From positions 10,019-74,018 of the forward strand of contig PWRN01000027.1 of assembly GCA_003556225.1 (NCBI GenBank): DNA of 64,000 nucleotides, given 5' to 3'. Each line of letters starts with the position of its first letter. The first letter of the stretch is position 1. The position numbers and the translations under genes are program-made. Below the pieces are notes generated by a model that did no database searches, was not told the DNA's origin, and saw only the letters and a list, made by a program, of their open reading frames with translations. The stretch comes from Syntrophomonadaceae bacterium. GTDB taxonomy: Bacteria; Bacillota; Dethiobacteria; DTU022; UBA8154. Shown here in pieces: positions 57,342 to 64,000 of this stretch.

Positions 57342-57847
57342 TTGTCGATATAACCCTTTTTGCGCAGGCCAAACAAGACCGCTTTTTCAAACTGCCGCAT
57401 GAATTTCGTTCCGATGAATTCTCTTTTATTTAACGGTGCAACCAAAATGGTATGCAGGCCCAGTCGGTTGCCTCCTAACACATCGGTAAAAACCTGGTCG
57501 CCCACCACCACGGCTTCAGTGGGATCCAGGGCCATGATCTCCAGTGCCTTGCGAAAGGCCCCTCGTCTTGGCTTTACGGCCTGCCAGACCGCCGGAACAT
57601 CAAATTGCTCCGAAAGCCCTTCCCCTCGTCTCAGGTTGTTGTTGGAGACAATGCAGACTTTGAAGCCGGCTTCCTTGGCCTGTTCGATCCAGGCCAGGAC
57701 TTCCGGTGCAATAGCATTGTCATTCCAGGGAACAAGGGTATTATCCAGGTCTGTAATAATACCTCGAATCCCTGCCGCACGAAGCCGCTGTAAATCAATT
57801 TCATGGATATCTTGCACGATTTCCTTGGGACACAAAAAGAACCACAT
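57323..57847 (-). CDS. yqeG: YqeG family HAD IIIA phosphatase
   Basis: DLDNTL, VSNN, KP, VGDQ.FTDVLGGNRLG. Confidence 0.93.
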   Translation of the reverse strand: MWFFLCPKEIVQDIHEIDLQRLRAAGIRGIITDLDNTLVPWNDNAIAPEVLAWIEQAKEAGFKVCIVSNNNLRRGEGLSEQFDVPAVWQAVKPRRGAFRKALEIMALDPTEAVVVGDQVFTDVLGGNRLGLHTILVAPLNKREFIGTKFMRQFEKAVLFGLRKKGYIDKCPGRQ

Positions 57848-57891
57848 CTTAAATCTCCTCCATCCAGAAGCGAACATCCCCCGTTGCTTTT

Positions 57892-57900
57892 ATTATAACA
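57892..57900 (-). promoter_or_regulatory. extended -10 element upstream of yqeG
   Basis: TG-T-TATAAT on the minus strand, ~45 nt upstream of the ATG. Confidence 0.5.
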
Positions 57901-57925
57901 CAGTGGGCAAACCGCGCGTCACCGC

Positions 57926-59158
57926 TCAGAACGATACCGCCCGGTATTTCTGGATAAAATAATCCATCAGTTCATATCCTTTTTCGAAAAACAGCCCTCC
58001 TGCTGCAAAGGGCTCGCTAAATTCGCCCCCGGGGTTAGAAAGATCTGCTCCCTTGTGGCAAATCACAAAGGGGACGGCCTCCCGGGTATGGGTGCGCAGG
58101 GATAAAGGGGTGGGGTGATCCGATAAGACCATCACCTTGAAATCAGGGAAATCCTGCAGGCCGGCAATGATTTCTTTGACCACCTTTTCATCGATCTCCT
58201 CGATGGCGCGAATCTTGGTTTCCAGCTCCCCGCGATGACCGGCTTCGTCCGGTGCTTCCACGTGCACGTAGACAAAATCTTTGCCCCCGTGCAGCACATC
58301 CAGGGCGCGGCGCGCTTTCCCGGAAAAATCTGTTGTAATGTTTCCCGTGGCGCCGGGTACGGTTTCCGCCGTTAGCCCGGCACAAATCCCCAGGCCTTTG
58401 ATCAAATCAACCGCAGAGATAACCGACCCGTTCAACCCGTATTTATCCATGAATTTATCCAGGTAAGGGCGTTTGCCCTGCCCCCAGAGCCAGATGGAAT
58501 TTGCGGGTTTTAATCCTTTTTCCAGCCGCGCCCGGTTCACGGGGTGTCCGGGCAAGATGGCGCTGCTGCGGATCATCAAGTCCAGGATCACCCGGCCGGA
58601 TCTGCCCGAAGGCAGGTATGCGCCGATCTCCTGGTTGAATATATCGTGCGGTGGAGTTAAGTCGCAGTTTAACTCTTCCAGGGAATTGCGCCAGATCATG
58701 GCATGCCGATAACTAATCCCGGGGTAAAAACCATGAGCTGCACTCCCCAATTGGTTGGAAATCTCCTGGATAAGCTGAACCGCTTCCGGGGTGCTAATTT
58801 CATCTGCACTGTAATCAAGCATTTTTTTCTTGGCAAAGGGCGTATCATCGGAAAGGGTCACGAGGTTGCAGCGAAAAGCGACATCAGTTCCGTCCAATTG
58901 GATGCCCATGGCAACGGCTTCAATAGGCGAGCGTCCCGTATAATAACGCAGCGGGTCATAGCCAAACACGGAAAGATTGGCTACATCACTTCCCGCCGGC
59001 ATCTGGTCCGGCACGGTCACAACCATCCCGGTTTCTCCCCGCTGCACCAGGCTGTCCATCTGCGGCGTTTGCGCATACTGCAGCGGTGTTTTACCTCCCA
59101 GTTCAGGCAGCGGATAATCAGGCATACCATCGCCCAGGATAACCACGTATTTGATCAA
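57926..59158 (-). CDS. apgM: cofactor-independent phosphoglycerate mutase (ApgM type)
   Basis: KY.V.LGDGM.D, GKTPL..A.TP, GSDVAN.S, YTGR.P.EA, HVEAPDE.GH.G, DH.TP....TH; TTG start behind AAAGGAG. Confidence 0.9.
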   Translation of the reverse strand: MIKYVVILGDGMPDYPLPELGGKTPLQYAQTPQMDSLVQRGETGMVVTVPDQMPAGSDVANLSVFGYDPLRYYTGRSPIEAVAMGIQLDGTDVAFRCNLVTLSDDTPFAKKKMLDYSADEISTPEAVQLIQEISNQLGSAAHGFYPGISYRHAMIWRNSLEELNCDLTPPHDIFNQEIGAYLPSGRSGRVILDLMIRSSAILPGHPVNRARLEKGLKPANSIWLWGQGKRPYLDKFMDKYGLNGSVISAVDLIKGLGICAGLTAETVPGATGNITTDFSGKARRALDVLHGGKDFVYVHVEAPDEAGHRGELETKIRAIEEIDEKVVKEIIAGLQDFPDFKVMVLSDHPTPLSLRTHTREAVPFVICHKGADLSNPGGEFSEPFAAGGLFFEKGYELMDYFIQKYRAVSF

Positions 59159-59279
59159 GGCCAGACGCTCCTTTCTGATCTGTCTTTTTATCATATTTCT
59201 GGCATTACCACGCACTTTTTGGTATAATAACCACGGAATAAATACCAGCCCTGCAAGGATAACGGAGAGATAAACGGCC

Positions 59280-59792
59280 ATGAAAGCTTTGATTGTCTAT
59301 TATTCCCACACGGGCAACACCGAAGAAGTGTCCAGCGTCCTGGAGAAATGTCTCTGTGCAAAAGAAGTGGATTGCCACCGCATAAGAATTGTCCTGCAGT
59401 CCGAAAAAAACAAGCATTTATTTCGAAAAATCATTGATGCGCTATCCAGGAAGGTTGCCTCCATTAAAAAATGCCCCTTTGATCCCGGCGAGTATGATTT
59501 TATCTTTCTCGGCACGCCGGTTTGGGCAGCTCAACCGACGCCTTCCGTCAACGCCTTTTTAAAAGATATGCCTGAGCTGCATGGTCAGAAAGTTTGTCCC
59601 TTTGTGACCATGGGAAGCATGGGAGACAAGTTAACTATCGCCACCCTCAGGAAAAAAATTGAAGCCAAGGGGGGCTGCTTCCACGCTGCGCTAAGCTTGA
59701 AAATGGATCAAGGCTTCAGGGATGAACACGTCAATTCCATCGAGCATTTTATTGAGACAAAAGTCATGGCAAATGAGTCGATGCTGCACTGA
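59280..59792 (+). CDS. flavodoxin-like protein
   Basis: IVYYSHTGNT, YD.IFLGTPVW, F.T.G; TGGTATAAT at 59220-59228 upstream. Confidence 0.85.
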   Translation: MKALIVYYSHTGNTEEVSSVLEKCLCAKEVDCHRIRIVLQSEKNKHLFRKIIDALSRKVASIKKCPFDPGEYDFIFLGTPVWAAQPTPSVNAFLKDMPELHGQKVCPFVTMGSMGDKLTIATLRKKIEAKGGCFHAALSLKMDQGFRDEHVNSIEHFIETKVMANESMLH

Positions 59793-59859
59793 TGCTCGTT
59801 GGTGCGAGAACCCGCCTGAAATTACCGGCCGGGATTTTTTTGGCACCCGGGCCCAGGGG

Positions 59860-60969
59860 TTAATTCCGATTCCCCTGGGCTTTTCTTTTATACTCATTGT
59901 GTTCTTCCAGGGTCCGGCTAAAATAATTGGTGCCGCTTCCATCTTCCTTGTAAACGAAATAGAGATAATCTACCTCGGCAGGGAACAAGGTGGCTTCAAT
60001 GGCGTGATAACCAGGTGAGGCAATGGGCCCAGGCGGAAGGCCGGGATGCCGGTACGTGTTATAAGGGGAATCCACTTCGAGATCCTGGTAGGTTAAGAAG
60101 GGCTTAACCTCGCCCAGGGCATACTGCACGGTTGCGCACGACTGCAGGAAAGGCATGCGTTCGCTTGCCAGGCGGTTGTGAAAAACCGCGGCAATGAGGG
60201 GCCGCTCTTCATCCACCCGGGCTTCTTTCTCGACGATGGAAGCCAGGCTAAGGACCTGGTGTAAAGAGAGTTCCATCTCATCCAACCTCTCGAAAAAACT
60301 ACCTTGCAGGGCCTTTTCCAGGCGCGACAGCATGATCACGATGATTTCCTCCGCTGTTGTTTCTTCGAAAACCTCGTAGGTATCCGGGAAGAGGTATCCT
60401 TCCAGCCTGTAAGCGGTCTCCCCGGGAATATGCTCGAGAAAGGGAAACCTTTCTGTATCATCATATTGTACGCATGCTTCCAGGAACGCCTCTGCGGTAA
60501 CGATGCCTTCGACATCGAGCCTGCGGGCGATTTGTTCCACGGCATATCCTTCCGGCACAGTGAAACGAATCCCCTCCTGCAGGATCACGCCCTCCTGGAG
60601 CGTGGTAATAATGTCCTCAAAAGACGTTCCCGGGGCCATCTGGTAGCTGCCCGCCTGAAATCCCGGTTCAGGGCTGAAATAGCGGACATAGAGAAGAAAA
60701 ACAAAGGCGCTGGGAATGATCTCCTCTTCCTCTAAAATTGCGGCAATTTGCCTCGTTGAAGAATTGTACGGGATGACGATTTCCTGCAGTGCTTCGCTAC
60801 CTGGATCCCTTTTCAGGTTCATCATGGCCTGGATTTGCCATGCTGCCCAACCGACCAGGGAAAGGATCACCACAAGGGCAACGGTTAATATGACCAGTAC
60901 CGGGCGCTTCTTAAGCCTGGATACCACTTGCTTCACTCCCCGGGCGGTGATTGAAACCGGGACATACAC
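59860..60969 (-). CDS. mltG: endolytic transglycosylase MltG
   Basis: N-terminal TM, T.PEG, LEGYLFPDTY, ASIVEKE, VF.NRL, SPYNTY...GLPPGPI..PG, YLYFV. Confidence 0.95.
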   Translation of the reverse strand: MYVPVSITARGVKQVVSRLKKRPVLVILTVALVVILSLVGWAAWQIQAMMNLKRDPGSEALQEIVIPYNSSTRQIAAILEEEEIIPSAFVFLLYVRYFSPEPGFQAGSYQMAPGTSFEDIITTLQEGVILQEGIRFTVPEGYAVEQIARRLDVEGIVTAEAFLEACVQYDDTERFPFLEHIPGETAYRLEGYLFPDTYEVFEETTAEEIIVIMLSRLEKALQGSFFERLDEMELSLHQVLSLASIVEKEARVDEERPLIAAVFHNRLASERMPFLQSCATVQYALGEVKPFLTYQDLEVDSPYNTYRHPGLPPGPIASPGYHAIEATLFPAEVDYLYFVYKEDGSGTNYFSRTLEEHNEYKRKAQGNRN

Positions 60970-60974
60970 GATAT

Positions 60975-61304
60975 TTATTCCTCGTTGTTATCTGTAGAGA
61001 GTAAACGTTCGTACGCAATACCTGCCACCTTCTCCCATTCTTCTTCATCTTCGATCACGTGCAGCAGGGTTTCACCGTTGTCCCCTTCGACAACACGAAA
61101 TATTACGGCTTCCTCTGCATCATGATCTTCCCGCTCACCAGCTTCTTCTTCAGTGTCTTCCTGTTCTCCCTGGGGAGCATTATTCTCCAGGGGAAACAGG
61201 ATCGCGTAATTTAAATCATCTACTTGAAAGTAGTCCAGGACAACAAAATCGAACTGCTCTCCTTCTTCATCCACCAGGGTAATGATTTCTTCCTTTTCAG
61301 TCAA
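60975..61304 (-). CDS. DUF1292 family protein
   Basis: ITLVDEEGE...F.V, Y.IL.P, IEDEEEWE.V; follows ruvX. Confidence 0.85.
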   Translation of the reverse strand: MTEKEEIITLVDEEGEQFDFVVLDYFQVDDLNYAILFPLENNAPQGEQEDTEEEAGEREDHDAEEAVIFRVVEGDNGETLLHVIEDEEEWEKVAGIAYERLLSTDNNEE

Positions 61305-61318
61305 GTAACTCAGTCCTT

Positions 61319-61747
61319 TCATGATTTGTCGTTGCGGCTGCGCTGGTACTGCAGGTAATTATCTAAAATTAACGAGGCCGCCAGCATGTCCACCACCTTT
61401 TTACGGCCTGCACGACGGACATTCCCTTCCAACAGAGCTCGTTGCGCTGCCCGGGTTGTCAGGCGCTCATCCCAGGTTTCCAGCGGTATGGACAGGTTCT
61501 TTTCCAGGTATAATTTAAAGTCCAGCAGTTCTTTTGCTTTCTGCCCCAGGGTACCATTCATATTTACCGGAAACCCGAGAACGATTTTTTGTGCCTCATA
61601 CCTCTCCACCAGCTCTTTGATACGCTTGAGATCGCGGGATAAATTAACACGGAGGATAACTTCGACTCCCTGTGCGGTGATGCCCAGCTCATCACTGACC
61701 GCAACCCCGATTCTCTTTTCCCCTACATCAAAGCACAGGATCCTCAT
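61319..61747 (-). CDS. ruvX: Holliday junction resolvase-like / pre-16S rRNA nuclease RuvX (YqgF)
   Basis: RIL..D.G.KRIGVAVSD.LG.TAQ, G.P.NMNG, WDERLTT, D..AA..IL..YL. Confidence 0.95.
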   Translation of the reverse strand: MRILCFDVGEKRIGVAVSDELGITAQGVEVILRVNLSRDLKRIKELVERYEAQKIVLGFPVNMNGTLGQKAKELLDFKLYLEKNLSIPLETWDERLTTRAAQRALLEGNVRRAGRKKVVDMLAASLILDNYLQYQRSRNDKS

Positions 61748-61861
61748 CGCTGCCCGTCAGCCCCGTTTCCTCGCGAAAATAAAACTACATGGCTCGTAAG
61801 CCTTTTCAGGTTGCGCTGCCGCTTCCCTGCTTATGCTCAGCCAATATCGGATTCACCTGAG

Positions 61862-62827
61862 TTAGAATATTTTTATACAAAACTCCGGACAGGAAACCCC
61901 ACAATATCCGCAAAAAATACAGAGGGAAGGATCTACCTGTACGCGCTGTACATCCTGCTTAAGATGAAGAGCGTCTTGTGGGCAGCGTTCCACGCAACTA
62001 CCGCATCCGCTGCACCAACCTTCGATCACGATGGTGCGTTTCTTTTGGGCCAGGGTATCTAGCAGCGAGGGTGAGAGGGTCCTTCCCTGGGCCAGGTCAA
62101 GGTTTGCATCAAGTTCATCCCGGGAAGACATGCCGATGGCCATGGAGTGAACAAAGTCCAGCTGCTGCACAAAATCGACCGCTCTAACAGCATCCCGGAT
62201 CAGGTGTCCCCCACCCAGCACTTTCATGGCGTAAACACCCATTCCCGCTTGTTCGGCCCGGGCCACCGCGTCTAACATTCCTTCCAGGGAACCGTCCTTG
62301 ATGCCGAGGCCCCGGAAATTGATTAAGGGATGAATTAGATCAATATCCTGAAAATCAATAGCCGCCTCGATCGCGGCTATCGTATGAGAAGAGATCCCAA
62401 CCGCTTGAATGAACCCTTTTTCCCGGGCATTGAGCAAGAAATCCAGGGCAGCCGCATGTCCCTTGAGGGTCAGGGCCGACTCCTGTTCGTGCAGGAGAAA
62501 AATGGGTATCACATCCAGGTCCAGCCCTCTACGAGCCTTTTCCAGGGAGATGCGTGCTCTCTCTTTTGAGTCAGCATAAGTCTTGGTGGCAATCACCGGG
62601 ATCGCTTGAAGGTTTTTAATAGCCAGCTGGAGTTGAAGATAATTTACATACAACTCTGCTGTATCCCAAAAATTAATTCCCCGGTGAAAAGCCTCGACAA
62701 GGAGTTCCGCCCCTTCTTCCGGAGTGAGGTTTGCCTGCAGCGGGCTCATGGGCAACGTGCCAAAGCAAAGCCTGGAAACTTGTAAGCCAGAAGCTCCCAG
62801 TTGGACGGAGAAGCCACGCTCGATCAT
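61862..62827 (-). CDS. aldo/keto reductase with C-terminal 2x[4Fe-4S]
   Basis: VSRLCFGTL, G.NF.DTA.LY, LHEQES, G.S.H, MK.LGGG, CSGCGSCVERC and CIFCGYC...C. Confidence 0.9.
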   Translation of the reverse strand: MIERGFSVQLGASGLQVSRLCFGTLPMSPLQANLTPEEGAELLVEAFHRGINFWDTAELYVNYLQLQLAIKNLQAIPVIATKTYADSKERARISLEKARRGLDLDVIPIFLLHEQESALTLKGHAAALDFLLNAREKGFIQAVGISSHTIAAIEAAIDFQDIDLIHPLINFRGLGIKDGSLEGMLDAVARAEQAGMGVYAMKVLGGGHLIRDAVRAVDFVQQLDFVHSMAIGMSSRDELDANLDLAQGRTLSPSLLDTLAQKKRTIVIEGWCSGCGSCVERCPQDALHLKQDVQRVQVDPSLCIFCGYCGVSCPEFCIKIF

Positions 62828-62835
62828 CGCAATCC

Positions 62836-63108
62836 CTACTCGAGTTCTTTTTTCAGGTAAACCCGGACGATTTCTTCGAGCAGTTCGTCTCTTTCCAGTT
62901 TCCTGACGTTGCTGCGGGCATTTTTGTGGCTGGTGATGTAGGTTGGATCCCCGGACAGCAGGTAACCAACCAGTTGATTGATGGGATTGTACCCTTTCTC
63001 TTTTAACGCCTCGTAAACCTCGCTGAGCACATTGCGGGCTTCATTGGTTTCTTCCTCGGCCTTGACATCGAATTTCATGGTATGATGTAAGTTATTATTA
63101 TTTTGCAT
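62836..63108 (-). CDS. ireB: IreB family regulatory phosphoprotein (UPF0297)
   Basis: [33 protein letters not shown]...[14 protein letters not shown]. Confidence 0.95.
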   Translation of the reverse strand: MQNNNNLHHTMKFDVKAEEETNEARNVLSEVYEALKEKGYNPINQLVGYLLSGDPTYITSHKNARSNVRKLERDELLEEIVRVYLKKELE

Positions 63109-63172
63109 GGGAATCCCCTCCAATTATAAGCGCCGCTTGCTCGCTTGCGATCCCACGATTCGATAAAAACCT

Positions 63173-64000
63173 TTAAACCTGGTCCTGCTGTTTTTTTACT
63201 TGGTCCAATACGCTGGAGAGAGCTGCAGGCAGCTTCGCCGCATCTTTGCCTCCGGCCTGGGCCAGGTCCGGTCGCCCACCACCACCGCCGCCGACGATTT
63301 TTGCCGTTTCGCGGATCAACTCACCCGCATGGTAACCTTTTGCAACCAGGTCCCTGGTTACGGCGGCAGCAAGCATCACCTTGTTGTTATTAACCGCACC
63401 CAGCAAAACAACTCCACTACCAATTTTGTCACGTGCGCGATCCAGGTATTCCCGCAATTCATCCATACTTTCAGCTTCAACCTGGGCGCTCAATACCGGA
63501 ATCCCCAGGGAACGATCCGTTTGCTCCACCAGCGCCGATATTTTATCTTGCAGCAGCTGGCTTTGTATTTTTTTTAGCTTCTGCTGCAGCTTCTTCTGGT
63601 TGTCAAAGACCTCCTGGAGCCGGGTCTGAATACTCTCGGGATCGCATTTCAGCAGGGACGATACATCATCGACGATGGATTCTTTTCGGTTGAGATATTC
63701 AAACGCACCAATCCCGCTCAACGCCTCGATCCGGCGCATTCCCGCCCCGACACTGCTTTCAGAAATAATTTTCACGATCCCGATTTCTCCGGTAGCGGAA
63801 ACATGCGTGCCACCGCAGAGTTCCATGGAATAGTCATTTACCTGCACGATACGCACCTGGTCTCCGTATTTTTCATCAAATAGCGCCGTAGCCCCCCTTT
63901 CCAGGGCCTCCCCCATGGTGCTGTAAAAGGTGGCAACAGCTCGATTCTCCATGACCACTTCGTTAACCGTTTTGGCGATGACATCAAGCTCTGCCGGTGT
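63173..64000 (-). CDS. alaS: alanine--tRNA ligase, C-terminal part (gene continues beyond the window)
   Basis: A.ALF.EKYGD.VR.V, S.ELCGGTHV, SE.SVG.G.RRIEA, GG.GGGRPD.AQAGG. Confidence 0.96.
   Translation of the reverse strand, partial: TPAELDVIAKTVNEVVMENRAVATFYSTMGEALERGATALFDEKYGDQVRIVQVNDYSMELCGGTHVSATGEIGIVKIISESSVGAGMRRIEALSGIGAFEYLNRKESIVDDVSSLLKCDPESIQTRLQEVFDNQKKLQQKLKKIQSQLLQDKISALVEQTDRSLGIPVLSAQVEAESMDELREYLDRARDKIGSGVVLLGAVNNNKVMLAAAVTRDLVAKGYHAGELIRETAKIVGGGGGGRPDLAQAGGKDAAKLPAALSSVLDQVKKQQDQV

Noticed and set aside
59159..59281. TM-like N-terminal extension of apgM
   Set aside because: It runs through the divergent promoter region into the flavodoxin start; a strong RBS precedes the TTG at 59158

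Overview
Core chromosomal segment of an anaerobic Firmicute (Clostridia/Dethiobacteria-like by gene order; inference). Almost all genes lie on the minus strand. In transcription order: alaS(3' part)-ireB-aldo/keto reductase-ruvX-DUF1292-mltG, [flavodoxin, + strand], apgM, yqeG-aroE, a reduced type IV pilus/competence cluster, aroK-aroQ-pepQ-efp, asp23-amaP-DUF2273-nusB-TsaD-like, an StnABC-like (NuoE/NuoF/GltD-NuoG fusion) transhydrogenase operon followed by THREE tandem folD paralogues, xseAB-ispA, an ~575-nt OLE RNA with its own sigma-A promoter, oapA-dxs-tlyA-nadK-recN, acyl-CoA dehydrogenase, amidohydrolase, nudF-xerD-deoB-pdp, a motif-degenerate tRNA nucleotidyltransferase, S2P-trpS-scpAB-rluB, aroH-cmk-plsC-ispH/rpsA fusion, DUF512-der-plsY-gpsA and a CCG Fe-S protein. 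On the + strand at the left end are a CoA-activase and uspA. I saw no rRNA, tRNA, CRISPR, IS or prophage. Most notable: the Stn + 3x FolD module (one FolD with altered catalytic residues), the OLE RNA/oapA locus, absence of sporulation genes from their usual syntenic slots, a structured intergenic element that shares a dispersed motif, a probable pseudo-enzyme, and non-canonical or internal translation starts. All calls come from motif reading and synteny; no database searches were run.
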